In this document: in pieces, positions 11,696 through 22,741 of the stretch
Numbering within the stretch: position 1 is the first letter of the stretch
How the letters are laid out: the number at the start of each line of letters is the position of its first letter
Assembly: GCA_963707655.1 (NCBI GenBank)
Contig: OY970172.1
Span: 160,001 to 224,000 of the forward strand
Origin: an uncultured bacterium
GTDB lineage: Bacteria; Babelota; Babeliae; Babelales; Vermiphilaceae
Reading direction: 5' to 3'
DNA length: 64,000 nucleotides
Notes under the pieces: generated by a model
Seen by the model: only the letters and a program-made list of their open reading frames with translations
The model's database searches: none
What the model was told of the DNA's origin: nothing
Made by a program: the position numbers and the translations under genes

Positions 11696-11813
11696 ATGAA
11701 AGTAAGAACATCGGTAAAAAAGATTTGTAAAGATTGTCGTATTATTAAACGTGATCGGTGTTGTTCGCGTTATTTGTAAAAGAAATCCGCGTCATAAACA
11801 GCGTCAAGGTTAA
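11696..11813 (+). CDS. rpmJ: 50S ribosomal protein L36 (one extra base, not in ORF track)
   Basis: Manual translation MKVRTSVKKICKDCRIIKRD/GVVRVICKRNPRHKQRQG*. Confidence 0.95.
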
Positions 11814-11837
11814 TGATTTATATTCAATAAGGAATTG

Positions 11838-12228
11838 ATGGCAAGAATAGAAGGTGTAAATTTACCTCTCAAAAAACGAATAGAATATGCTCTGCCTTAT
11901 GTGTTTGGTATAGGGCTTAAGGGTTCACGAGATATTTTAAATAAACTTAAAATTAATTTTGATACGCGTGTTAAAGATTTGACTGATGAAGAAATTGCAG
12001 CAATTCAAAAAGAAGTTTCTGCAAATTATGTCACCGAAGGTGAATTGCGTAAAGAAATTACGTTTGAATATTAAGCGACTTCAAGAAATTGGCTCCTACC
12101 GTGGATCCCGTCATAAAAAAGGATTGCCAGTACGTGGTCAACGTACAAAAACCAATGCGCGTACAAGAAAAGGTCCACGTAAAGCAGGCAGCGCAGTTGC
12201 GTTAAAGCGTAAAGTAACTAAGAAATAA
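11838..12228 (+). CDS. rpsM: 30S ribosomal protein S13 (frameshifted)
   Basis: [10 protein letters not shown]..; [26 protein letters not shown]. Confidence 0.96.
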
Positions 12229-12264
12229 CTTTAAAAACATTGCTAATTGAATACAAAGGACAGG

Positions 12265-12647
12265 ATGGCATATAAAAAGAAACCAAAAAAACAAAACGAC
12301 AAGTAGATTCTGTTATTGCGCATGTTAAATCTACCTTTAATAATACGCTTGTTTCTATAACCACCATGGAAGGTGATGTCTTATTGCGTGGAAGTGCAGG
12401 ACAACTTGGTTTTAAGGGTTCACGTAAAGGAACACCTTTTGCTGCATCACAAATTGGTTCAAACCTTGCAAAAGAAATGCATGTGTTGGGTGTGAAAAAT
12501 ATTGAAGTTAATCTTCAAGGGCCAGGATCTGGAAGAGATTCTGTTGTGCGTGCATTGCAAGCTTCAGGTCTGAATGTTTCCATGTTACGAGACGTTACAC
12601 CATTGCCTCATAATGGTTGTCGTCCTCCTAAGAAACGTCGTGTTTAA
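12265..12647 (+). CDS. rpsK: 30S ribosomal protein S11 (frameshift near start)
   Basis: HVKSTFNNT, GFKGSRKGTPFAA, GPGSGR, DVTPLPHNGCRPPKKRRV. Confidence 0.96.
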
Positions 12648-12697
12648 TAAGTGTAATGCTATCTTAACTAGGTATTCAAACAATGGATAAGGTTATT

Positions 12698-13265
12698 ATG
12701 GAAAGCAGATCTCCAAAAGGTATCGACAAAATACCGAACAAACATCGGCTGCGTCAGCAAAACGCCAGCGCAAAGTATCTGAGTATGGAAGCAGCTTGAA
12801 GAAAAACAAAAAGTTAAAGAAATGTACGGCATGCGTGAAAGACAATTCAAACGTTTCTTTGCTATAGCTGCACGTAAACGTGAAGGCGTACTGGTGAAAG
12901 CTTATTGAGCTTGCTTGAACGTCGTCTTAGATAATGTTGTTTATCGTTTAAAACTGGCAACAACTCGTACTCAAGCGCGTCAAATCATTGTTCATGGCAT
13001 ATTCTTGTGAATGGTCAAAAAGTATACTTCTCCTTCATATTTGGTTGAAGTGAATGATGAAATTTCGTTAGCTCCTAATGTACTTAAAAAACAATGTTTT
13101 TAGAGCAAGTTGTTGACAAAAGACTTAATATTGGTGTTAAAGTTCCTGAATGGTTGGAATTAGATAAGAAAGAACGTGAAGGACAAAGTTTTGCGCTATC
13201 CGGTTCGTTCTGATATTCAAGTGCCAATTGAAGAACATTTAATTGTTGAATTGTATTCTAAATAA
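12698..13265 (+). CDS. rpsD: 30S ribosomal protein S4 (multiple indels, short N-terminus)
   Basis: Manual reading across frames: RKVSEYG.QLEEKQKVKEMYGMRERQF, LLERRLDNVVYRL, TRTQARQIIVHG, LIVELYSK*. Confidence 0.92.
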
Positions 13266-13322
13266 TAATGAGCTGTCTGATTAATAATTATAGAATGATG
13301 AATCTGTTTCCAGGGAGGTTGA

Positions 13323-14371
13323 ATGAATAAAAAAGAGTATCAGTCCCTTAACTATTCCTACAATTAAGTTGGAATAAAAAAGTCTTAACTGAAACGTATG
13401 GTGAGCTAGTTGCCCAACCATTGAACCAGGTTTGGTATAACACTTGGCAATGCTTTACGACGTGTTTTGCTTGGTGGAGTTGAAGGGTCTGCGGTAACAT
13501 CGGTAATTATTAAGGGTGTTAATAATGAGTTTTCAACACTCCCTGGTGTTGTTGAAGATGCGATGCAAGTATTCTTAATATTAAAGGTATTGTTATACGT
13601 AATAAAGATGGCAAGCCGGGCAAAATGCGCTTAAAAGTCAAAGGGGAATCCGCTGCAACTGTTGCAGATATTGAAGCAGATGAGCATCTAGAGTTGGTTA
13701 ATAAAGATCATATTATTGCTCATGTTGCAGCTGATGGCGAACTTGATATTGAGTTCTTTGTTGAAACTGGACGTGGTTATCAACCAGCTCAATGGCCAGT
13801 GGGTAAATCATTGCAAGAAGATGATCGTATTTATCTTGATGCGATGTTTTCTCCTATCTCAAAGTTATGTTTGATGTGGAAAAAACTCGTGTTGGTAAAG
13901 ATATTGATTACGATAAATTGATATTGACGAATTCATACTGATGGTTCGGAAAATCCTGTTGATGTTTTACATTATGCAGTTTCTGTATTGCGTACCCAAC
14001 TAGAACATTTCTTGCTCAGTGCAGAAATTCCGTTTAATGAAATTTCTAAGACACCTGAAGAAGATAAAGAAAAAGAACCAGTTGAACTTGATCAATACGG
14101 TCTAAAAGGTATTTCCGTTGAACTTCTTTTAAAACCAATTGATGAGCTTGAACTTTCGGTTCGCGCTCATAATTGTTTAATCAATGCGGGTATTAAACGT
14201 GTTATTGATTTGGTTAACATGAGCGAAGATGATGGACTAAAAATTAAAAATTTTGGTCGTAAGTCATTGAATGAAGTTAAAGAAGGCATGAAAGCATTTG
14301 GTCTTTCTTTTGGTATGAATATCAAAGAAAGAGATTTGAAAAAACTCATGCTTATCGAAGAAGAAGAATAA
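13323..14371 (+). CDS. rpoA: RNA polymerase alpha subunit (multiple indels)
   Basis: [58 protein letters not shown]. Confidence 0.95.
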
Positions 14372-14395
14372 CATTAAGATAAAAGGTTTACAGCC

Positions 14396-14752
14396 ATGAT
14401 ACATCAAAGTGGTAAAAGAAAATTAAATGTTAAGCCGTCTCATAGAAAATCATTGATGCGAAATCAAGTGATTCATCTGATTACTTATGGCCATTTGGTT
14501 ACAACTAAAGCCCGAGTTAAAGAAGTGCAACGTTTTGCTGAAAAATTGGTAACGGTTGCGCGTGAAGGCAATACATTTAATGCGCGTCGTCGTGCAAAAG
14601 CATTGTTGCCTTATAAAGAAGAGGCGTTAGTAAAATTGTTTAATGAGATTGCTGTTAAATATACTCAGCGTCCTGGCGGTTACACACGTGTTATTTCACT
14701 TGGCCGTCGTCCAAGCGATACCGCGTATGTTGCTAAATTGGAATGGGTATAA
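14396..14752 (+). CDS. rplQ: 50S ribosomal protein L17
   Basis: SHRKSLMRN, TTKAR.KE, RPGGYTRV. Confidence 0.96.
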   Translation: MIHQSGKRKLNVKPSHRKSLMRNQVIHLITYGHLVTTKARVKEVQRFAEKLVTVAREGNTFNARRRAKALLPYKEEALVKLFNEIAVKYTQRPGGYTRVISLGRRPSDTAYVAKLEWV

Positions 14753-14761
14753 TAAGGCTCT

Positions 14762-15001
14762 ATGGAATTAAATTCTACCATAGCAGTTATTGAAGAAGTC
14801 CTTGCACAGCTTCGCCCCGTTATTCAGGGCGACGGTGGTGATATCACGTTCGTTAAATACGAAAATGATATTGTATATGTAAAGCTCGCGGGCGCCTGTA
14901 TAGGGTGCCCTGCTTCAATGTACACACTCAAGCTTGGCGTTGAAGAAGCATTGCGAGATAAGTTGCCAAATTTATCTGAAGTGATTGCGCTTGAAGAATA
15001 A
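14762..15001 (+). CDS. NifU/NfuA C-terminal domain Fe-S carrier protein
   Basis: LRPVIQGDGGD..LAGACIGCPASMYTLKLGVE. Confidence 0.92.
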   Translation: MELNSTIAVIEEVLAQLRPVIQGDGGDITFVKYENDIVYVKLAGACIGCPASMYTLKLGVEEALRDKLPNLSEVIALEE

Positions 15002-15056
15002 TTGTCGGCGGCGCATAGCTTAAGCACACTATTTTGATTGTTACCCAAGAATATAT

Positions 15057-15087
15057 AAAAAAGCTCTTTTTAAAAAAGAGCTTTTTT
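15057..15087. terminator. Intrinsic terminator ending the ribosomal superoperon
   Basis: AAAAAAGCTCTTTTT/AAAAAAGAGCTTTTTT inverted repeat. Confidence 0.75.
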
Positions 15088-15241
15088 CATGTCTTAATTA
15101 AAAAAGGTATCCCCCTTTTTCCCTCTGCCGATGATTCACATAGGTAATTTTATAGATTTAAAATACTTAAATATATTATAATTGTATTATAAATAAAATG
15201 TTACAATGAACTAATTGTTTTCAAAATAAGGAGTTTTTAAA

Positions 15242-15784
15242 ATGAAGAAACAAATTTTGGCTATGGCTCTGCTTGCCGTATTGGGTTTTGCCCAAACGGC
15301 AGATGCTTTTTGTTGGTACAACAAATCGCAAAAAGCGCCGGAAGTTACCGTGTGGGGTTTTTATTCTATTGACCAAGCAAATACCTTTAAAAAAGCGCAA
15401 GGCATTATAACAACGGTTGCCGACAAGGCTTCCGGATTAGCCGACTCAAACAAAGAGAGCACTGCTGGTCAAGTGGCGACACAAGCTATACCTATACTCA
15501 ACAAAGTTGTTGATGCCATTGCTACTGCAATAGCCGTTAAATTTAAAGCAACACTCACTGCAGAATCTAAATCTTGCTGGAACTTTAACGACATACTTAA
15601 GGATGCAAAGAAGCAGCTTAAGGGCGCTAATGGTCAGGAAACTATGTATTTTATGATATGGCAAAGTGGTAACGAAGGTACTGCCAAAGTTATTTGGGAA
15701 GGTGCATGTAATATTCGTAATGGTTTAACGTTACGAGATGGTAATCCGGGTGAGCCTGAGTTTGTTGTAGATGGACAATTCTAA
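15242..15784 (+). CDS. Hypothetical secreted protein
   Basis: AAGGAG RBS; signal peptide MKKQILAMALLAVLGFAQTADA; Cys/Trp motifs FCWYN and SCWN. Confidence 0.8.
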   Translation: MKKQILAMALLAVLGFAQTADAFCWYNKSQKAPEVTVWGFYSIDQANTFKKAQGIITTVADKASGLADSNKESTAGQVATQAIPILNKVVDAIATAIAVKFKATLTAESKSCWNFNDILKDAKKQLKGANGQETMYFMIWQSGNEGTAKVIWEGACNIRNGLTLRDGNPGEPEFVVDGQF

Positions 15785-15812
15785 GCTCTGCAATTAAAAG
15801 ACAATAGACGAC

Positions 15813-15850
15813 TAGAGCCGAGGAGATTATTCTTCCCGGCTCTATTTTTT
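15813..15850. terminator. Terminator between convergent genes
   Basis: TAGAGCCG..CGGCTCTA stem followed by T-run. Confidence 0.75.
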
Positions 15851-18571
15851 TATTCTTGTTCTAAAACTTTTACTGTGCTTCCCTGCGACCCTTTTTCTAT
15901 AATAAAATGCACGGGGAATTGCTCTTTCATGCTCGGTAAGTGGGAAACGATAATAATTCGTTGAAAATCTTCTTGGATTTTATAAATGGCTTCCATAATA
16001 TGGGCGAGCCCCTCTTCATCTTGCGACCCAAATCCTTCATCGATCAATAAGTGTTTGTAGAGCCGTACCTGCGCGTCGTGCAAGTAGTTTGGAAATAGCA
16101 ATGCGTAGAGCAAAATCGATGCGAAATGCTTCTCCGCCGGAAAATAATTCATAGGGACGAATACCAATAGCATCTGATATTTTTATATCTAATGTTTCTT
16201 TGGTTCCTCCTTTTTTTAAATCGCGTAATGACTCAATTGAGAGATGTGCCTGGTTATCGGTTAACTTGGCAAGTAAACTATTTGCTTCCTGTTCAATTTC
16301 AGGAATGGCATCTTCGATTAAAAGAGCTTGAATGCCATCTTTACCAGCAGTTTGAGCAATAATGGTGTAATCGTCGATAGTTTGCGAAAGTTCATGCACC
16401 ATTTTTTGCTGATTTTTATATTCCGACTCAAGGCTGAGGAGCTTAGTTTTTTGTGCTTCCAAATTGCCTTTTTGCTCCAAACACTGATTTTTCTCTTGCC
16501 GTAACTGTTGTGTCGATGCGTTATATAAGCTCATTTTTTGCTGCAAGATTTTAATTGAATTTTCAAGATGCGCATACCGTTGCTCCTCTTGGAGCAGCCC
16601 CATTTTCTCTTTACGCATTTCTTTAACGGCCCCACATGTTTTACTTATTTCAAGCAGGCGTTGTCTTTGCAGATGAAGTTGTTCTTCAAGATGTTTGCAT
16701 TCGCTTAATTGAATTTCTATTGTTTGTATAGCGTTATGGATCGTCTGTTGCTCTTGCATCTGTAAGACGAAATCCTTTGTTTGAAGCTCTTGTTCATGAA
16801 ATTGCTGATAGATGGTCGCGTATTCACTATTGGTGCGCATGCTATTTTCATTAAAAGTTGTTATCTCTTTGAGCCCATTTTCTTCATTTGCAATGGCGAA
16901 AGACATTTTTTTATTCTGGTTGACTAGAGTCGTTATCTCTTCTTTGTTATCGTTTGTTTTCTTTGTCAGATTGAGCTGTTGCTTTTCAATTTCATGGATC
17001 GTTGCTTGTAGTGCCGCATGCCTATTTTCTGTTTGCTTGTGCGTTTCCAGCCATGTATGATCGTGCAAAAGGAGCTCTTTGAGAGTGCTGATAAGACGAC
17101 TTAATCGTCCTATGCGATAGGTTAAAAAGTTTTTTTGCTCAGAGAATTTATTTTTCAAAAATTTTTTGCGTGAAGCTGAAAGGTTTTGCTCGCACAATGG
17201 GCAGCTGGGATCATTGTCATCATGGACGAGTAGTTGTTTTTTTTCAAGAGCGGTCAGCTCATTTTTTGAACCGTTTCCCTGAGCGATAAAGCGATGATAA
17301 TACTCTTTTCTTCTTTCAAATTGTTTTTCAACTGTTTCTTTGTGCTTAAGGGCCATCGCAGTTGTCCCGAGCTCACTCGCCAGAGCTTTGTGTTTGTCGG
17401 CCAGCTGCTTTGTCTCTCGGGCAATAGCTATCTCTGCTTCTTGTGCGCGCATAAGCGATTGTGTAGCGGTTTGTTGTTCGTATTTCATTGTGTTGATCAA
17501 GAGTTGTTTTTGTTGCACCTTATGAGCGTGCTCTATGCGTAATGTTTGTTCAATCGCCGCAAGCTTTGCTTTGTTCAGCAGATACTCTTCTTTAATAACA
17601 AGGAGCTTCTGTATGGTATTTTGTTGCTCCTGTAGCTGAAGGGTAAGCTTATTTTTTTGTTTTTCAAGGGACTGATAATCGGATGAATTTTTCTGTTGCC
17701 TGCGTATGGATCGCCATTGATCTTTAATAGTGCGTATATGCGTGATGAGTTCATTTTCATCTTTGCCAAGTTGTTGTTGCTTCAGGCGCAATAATTCATA
17801 GCTGTTTTGATCTTGCATGAGTTGTAGATATTGTTTTTCTCCTGTGCTGTGCTCGAGAGCGATATCTTTTTCTTTCTGATCAATGGCAGCTATTTTTTCA
17901 TTAATCTGAGCAATATCTATGCAAATCATCCCTAAAGAATTGAGTTCTTGCTCATATTTCTGTTGAAAGGTAAGGAGCGTTGCCTTCTCGGTAGAAGCAC
18001 TTTTTATTTTTTCAGTAGCAAGTTTGCGTATTGATTCATAATGGTTGAGCCCCAAGATTGAGGCAATAATATCTTTGCGTTCCTTGGGAGATTTTTTTGA
18101 AAATTCGTTTGATTGTCCCTGCCGCAAGAATGCCGAGTTGATAAAGGTATCAAAATCGAGATGCAAGGTTTTTTCAATTTTGTCCTGTGTGGCCCTGATC
18201 GTTTTATCGGTGAGCGGAATTAACGTTTCCGTCTCTTGCTGTATAAGGCCAAATTCAAGAACCGCATAAGGTTTGCCAAAGTTGTGAGAATATTCTCGGC
18301 GAATGCGGTAGCAAATGTTGTTGCACGAAAAATCGATAATTACCATCATGCTACTCTGACCCAAATGGAGCAAACCCTGGTCCGCTTTAGAAGTGTTTCC
18401 TATCTTGCGTGCTTGGCCCCAAATTGCCCAGGTAATTGCATCGAGCAATGCAGATTTGCCATGCCCGTTTTTTCCGGAGAAGCAAATCAGCGGATAATGT
18501 GAAAAATCAATCGTTTGAATTTCAGCGCCATAGCTTAAAAAATTTTTGATCTGCAGTTTTAAAGGGATCAT
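15850..18571 (-). CDS. sbcC: SbcC/Rad50-type SMC ATPase (frameshift near 16040-16060)
   Basis: Walker A GKNGHGKS, CPLC zinc hook, coiled coil, FSGGE signature, IDEGFGSQD, VSH. Confidence 0.93.
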
Positions 18572-18751
18572 GAATCAAGACTCCAATTATAAAAAATTCC
18601 GTTACCCAGTCTATCACGCCGGCTAGCGAGTTACTAATGAAAATGGGGTTTTGTGATCTATGATTTTTTTGATCGATGTTTTTTTATTCTCATGATACGT
18701 TTATTTTTATGAGCTATTCATTTTTTAGAGAAAGAATAAGGAGGGTTGATC

Positions 18752-20158
18752 ATGCAAGATGTAGTATTTAGAGAATATGACATACGAGGCAAAATCGGCC
18801 AAGAGCTGATCATAGATGAAATGTATGATCTTGCCAGAGCCATAGCCTATTATTTTGTGAGCAAAAATCCCGCGGTGCAAACCATTGCTCTTGGCATGGA
18901 CGGCCGATTGCATTCTGCAGCGATTAAACAAGAGGTGTGCGCGGCATTCAAAGATAGCGGTATTGATGTAGTTTTTATTGGCATTTGTCCATCACCCGTG
19001 CTCTATTTCGCCTTACACACATTACCCGTTGATGCGGGCATTATGATTACGGCGTCCCACAATCCAAAAGAATATAATGGGTTGAAGCTGTGCTTGGGCA
19101 CCACATCATTGTGGGGTGCGCAGGTTAAAGAAATTGCTTCATTATTCAAACAAAAGAAGCACCTTGGTCCCCGCGAAGAGGGAAAGTATCAGGAAAATTT
19201 TTTAATCGATGCCTATATTGAATGGCTGGCAAACCATTTTTCTTCTTTAATAGGTGCCACTTTTTCTGCTGTCATCGATTGTGGTAACGGAGCGGGAGCA
19301 GCGGTTATTCCGGCTCTTATACAACGCATGAATTGGCCACATGTCAGCTCTTTATGTGATACTATTGACGGTTCCTATCCCAATCATGAAGCGGACCCGG
19401 TTGTTGCTGAAAACATGCATGAAGTTAAACATGCCCTTGCAACCAGTTCTATCGCCGTGGGAATCGGCCTTGATGGGGATGCCGATCGTATGGCCCCCAT
19501 GAGCAAGAGCGGCTACTTGGTTCCCGGCGATGAATTACTGGCTCTCTTTGCCAAATCTATTCTCGCCAAATCTCCCCATACAGCCATTATCTGCGACATT
19601 AAAAGTTCAGTAGGGTTATTGCATACCATTGAAAAAGCTGGCGGGCGCGCCTATATGGTGCCTGCCGGACACGCTATTATTAAAGAGCATATGCACAAAA
19701 AAGATGCTTTGCTTGGCGGTGAATTGAGTTGCCATTTTATTTTTAGAGATCGCTACTTTGGCTATGATGACGGCATCTATGCAATGTTGCGGCTTTTTGA
19801 ATTATTGGGCCAATCGGGCAAAACGTTGGATGAGCTTTTAATTGATTATCCTCATTTGTACAGCTCGCCAGAATTTCGCCTACCATGTGATGAAGATAAA
19901 AAAGAGAAAGTGATTGAGCGTGTAAAGAGCTATTTTGCAGAAAAACCGGGCGTTTCTTTGCTGCTCGTTGACGGTGTGCGCGCAAATTTTGAAGGTTGTT
20001 GGGGATTAATTCGTGCATCAAATACGCAACCTATGGTATCAATACGCTTTGAAGCAACTACGGCGCAAGGCTTTGAAGAGATGAAACAAGACTTTATTTT
20101 TGTGTTACATGAATATCTTGACGTAACGAGCTTGCGCACGCATCGGATGCATGCATGA
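18752..20158 (+). CDS. Phosphomannomutase/phosphoglucomutase
   Basis: FREYDIRG, TASHNP, DGDADR, GELSCH, RASNTQP. Confidence 0.95.
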   Translation: MQDVVFREYDIRGKIGQELIIDEMYDLARAIAYYFVSKNPAVQTIALGMDGRLHSAAIKQEVCAAFKDSGIDVVFIGICPSPVLYFALHTLPVDAGIMITASHNPKEYNGLKLCLGTTSLWGAQVKEIASLFKQKKHLGPREEGKYQENFLIDAYIEWLANHFSSLIGATFSAVIDCGNGAGAAVIPALIQRMNWPHVSSLCDTIDGSYPNHEADPVVAENMHEVKHALATSSIAVGIGLDGDADRMAPMSKSGYLVPGDELLALFAKSILAKSPHTAIICDIKSSVGLLHTIEKAGGRAYMVPAGHAIIKEHMHKKDALLGGELSCHFIFRDRYFGYDDGIYAMLRLFELLGQSGKTLDELLIDYPHLYSSPEFRLPCDEDKKEKVIERVKSYFAEKPGVSLLLVDGVRANFEGCWGLIRASNTQPMVSIRFEATTAQGFEEMKQDFIFVLHEYLDVTSLRTHRMHA

Positions 20159-20976
20159 GACACATAGGATTACATCTGCGTTTACAGAGTACTATGCATG
20201 ATCTTTATAACAGAGCGCATGCATTGCATCTTTCGACTTTTCAATGTTTTTTTATTTTTCAAGCGACAGGAAAATTAATCAAATTATCGGCTGCTGACAG
20301 TGCGGCCTGTCGTGGGATGAATTCTTTGTTTGCCATGCGTATACTCCATGGCTCGTATTGGATAAATCTTGCCAACTCCCAAACGCGGCATAGAGCCCTT
20401 GAACGAGAACTTTCTTTGGCAAAAAAGCTTGATTTTACGCATATTGTTCTTCATCCCGGTTCTGCTCGCGGGTCAGAGAGCCGTGAGCAGAGTATTGATT
20501 TTCTTGCCCGCACCGTAAACATGTTGCTGAAAAATGAGCATGATATTCAGCTTGTGCTTGAAAATACGGCGCATGGGGGAATGTCTATAGGGGGAGATTT
20601 GCACGATTTTTACCTCTTGAAACAGAGGCTAGAGCAGCCTGAAAAACTGAAATTCTGCATCGATACGGCTCATGCCTTTTCTTACGGATATGATATTCGT
20701 GATGCGAGTGGACAAGATGCCTTTATTGCTACATTAGAAAAAACCATTGGCATTAACTCTATTGTACTCATTCATATGAATGATACCCATGACACATTGG
20801 GATCAAAGCTTGATAGACACGCCATGCCGGGCGCAGGGCACATTGGGCTTGAGCCATTAAAACGCTTTGTTATGAATCCATTATTAATCAATATTCCCCT
20901 GATTATGGAGATCCCGCAGGTAAGTCAGGATGAAGAGTGGAAGATTGTTGAATTGGTAAAAAGCTGGCACGAGTAA
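20155..20976 (+). CDS. nfo: Endonuclease IV
   Basis: HGSYWINLA, HPGS, LENTA, CIDTAH, HMND, DRH. Confidence 0.93.
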   Translation: MRHIGLHLRLQSTMHDLYNRAHALHLSTFQCFFIFQATGKLIKLSAADSAACRGMNSLFAMRILHGSYWINLANSQTRHRALERELSLAKKLDFTHIVLHPGSARGSESREQSIDFLARTVNMLLKNEHDIQLVLENTAHGGMSIGGDLHDFYLLKQRLEQPEKLKFCIDTAHAFSYGYDIRDASGQDAFIATLEKTIGINSIVLIHMNDTHDTLGSKLDRHAMPGAGHIGLEPLKRFVMNPLLINIPLIMEIPQVSQDEEWKIVELVKSWHE

Positions 20977-21005
20977 TTTTTTGTGTAACTCATGCCAGCA
21001 ATAAT

Positions 21006-21461
21006 TTAGTTTGAGAGATCTGCGTAATCGTACAGTAACTCTTTTATCATAATCGCATTCTCATGCGAGCGTGAACGATTAATAGTATCACAAGCAATAA
21101 GTCCTATCGTGCTAATTATGAGGCCCACGAATGATAGGTGCATATAATAATATTCTTCCAATACTGCGAAGCTTGCTGCTCCGGTTGAACATGCTAATGT
21201 GGTAAGCGCCCAGTAATCCATAGCCTTTAAGCTTACACTCGGTGTTTCGCCGGGTTTAGAATTTAATTGATCGCGCCGCGTTCTGATTATCTGTTCAGCA
21301 ATATCAAGATATTTAATTAGCTGCTTGTCTGTTGGTCTACTTTCAGCCAATAACATGCGTACTTTGTGCATATCACTTTTTCTGATTGCATCGGATATTT
21401 GATCTGCAGGGCTGAAGCTTGCAATACATAGGAATGATGATAGAGATAATTTTTTCATCAT
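21006..21461 (-). CDS. Hypothetical exported/membrane protein
   Basis: Signal peptide, helical N-terminal segment, two hydrophobic helices. Confidence 0.7.
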   Translation of the reverse strand: MMKKLSLSSFLCIASFSPADQISDAIRKSDMHKVRMLLAESRPTDKQLIKYLDIAEQIIRTRRDQLNSKPGETPSVSLKAMDYWALTTLACSTGAASFAVLEEYYYMHLSFVGLIISTIGLIACDTINRSRSHENAIMIKELLYDYADLSN

Positions 21462-21596
21462 GTAAGTGGTCTCATAGTATAAGGTTTTATTTATAGAAGA
21501 CAGTGTATACGATTATAACTTTTTTGGTGTCATGATAATTTTGCCATTTTTTCATATGAAATACTTATTTTATAAACAAGTTCTGCCGTTGTTTCC

Positions 21597-21902
21597 TTAT
21601 GCTGCATAATCGAGACAATCAGGAAACTCATTGTCTCGAAATGCTTTATACGCTTTAACCACTACAACTTGTATCGCTTTTTTACTTGGTCCTTCAAAGT
21701 ACTTTATTTCACTGTGAAGGTTGTCTAAATCTATTTCAGCAATCGTATCTTTACATTCGGCTGATCGATAAAATTTTAATTTTTTTTGATTATTATCAAT
21801 GCTAATGTAAAAAATTCCCCCTTTTTCAAAATCTTCCGTAACCTTATAATAAAAAATGCTATCTTTCTGAAAATATTGCATTATTTCTATAAGAATTCCC
21901 AC
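21597..21902 (-). CDS. Putative immunity protein
   Basis: About 100 aa; GTG start overlaps the TAG of the upstream toxin-like fragment (TAGTG). Confidence 0.55.
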   Translation of the reverse strand: MGILIEIMQYFQKDSIFYYKVTEDFEKGGIFYISIDNNQKKLKFYRSAECKDTIAEIDLDNLHSEIKYFEGPSKKAIQVVVVKAYKAFRDNEFPDCLDYAA

Positions 21903-22254
21903 TACACTCTCCCATCTATAAGTTTTTTCCAATTAAAATATGTATACAATTTTGTGCGCCGTATTATATTCAACCCTAGTTCCTTGCATGATTAAGGCTT
22001 CAGTAAATTCATGTTGTAGCCACATTAAATCTGATTGAACAAAGTCGCCATTTGTTAATCTCTTCCAAGCATCAGTCATATCAAGGTCGCCATCAAACTT
22101 CTTTATTGCATGAGATAAAATATGATCTTCATAAAATACGTGATTTTTAATTCTACTGACAATTTCTTGTGGTATTCCAGTATTCTGGGCAATTCGTGAA
22201 ATATCATCTTGATTTTATTCTAATTTCGGCGAATATATTTTCATCCAGTCGCAT
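21902..22254 (-). pseudogene. Orphan polymorphic-toxin-like C-terminal domain, frameshifted
   Basis: Manual translation AEIR/NQDDISRIAQNTGIPQEIVSRIKNHVFYEDH..KFDGDLDMTDAWKRL..DLMWLQHEFTEALIM..YNTAHKIV/FNWKKLIDGRV*. Confidence 0.65.
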
Positions 22255-22327
22255 TCCTTATCATAGATGAAAAAAGAAAAATAGATCAAAACGACGGAGT
22301 GCTGCCGTTGAGGGGGATAGATTAAGC

Positions 22328-22741
22328 ATGGTTATCAAGGGTGAAGCGAGTGAAATAGAGATCAATGTAACCAATGGTAATTCTGGTTATCGTAATGATG
22401 GTTGGATTATCGCAGACATCAAAATTGCCGTACCCGGTTTAAAGGCTTGGTATGGCGCTGATATACAGATAGCAGAGTTGCATCAGTTTTACCAAGATTT
22501 AATAAAACTGGATAATTTGACAGAAAAATATGCAGAATTTAATACTTTGGAAGAGTGGCTGCATTTAGAATGTGACTTACAAAAAAATGGGCATGTTTTA
22601 TGCTCGGGTCGAGTTGTCACTGAAAATGGGGATAGTTTAAACTTTACTGTACAAACCGATATCGCTTCAATAAGTAAGTTTGTATCGCAACTAAAAACAA
22701 CTTTAAGTAAGTTTCCTGTGAGCATAAATGATAAAGTTTAA
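22328..22741 (+). CDS. WapI-like immunity protein
   Basis: Pattern DGW..I.V.G..A...EL..F..L..L...AEF.TLE.WL.L...GHV..G...L.F...TD...L..FP resembles the WapI family. Confidence 0.65.
   Translation: MVIKGEASEIEINVTNGNSGYRNDGWIIADIKIAVPGLKAWYGADIQIAELHQFYQDLIKLDNLTEKYAEFNTLEEWLHLECDLQKNGHVLCSGRVVTENGDSLNFTVQTDIASISKFVSQLKTTLSKFPVSINDKV

Noticed and set aside
1..14000. Frameshifts in rplC, rplD, rplW, rplB, map, rpmJ, rpsM, rpsK, rpsD and rpoA as pseudogenes or programmed frameshifting
   Set aside because: These are essential genes with conserved motifs. The single-base indels cluster regionally and often fall in homopolymers, which is typical of unpolished long-read consensus.
15002..15056. 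GGCGGCGCATAGCTTAAGC resembling a tRNA 5' end
   Set aside because: No anticodon arm, T-loop or matching acceptor strand
16037..16173. Split sbcC C-terminus
   Set aside because: One indel just before the Walker B motif; most likely the same assembly error type
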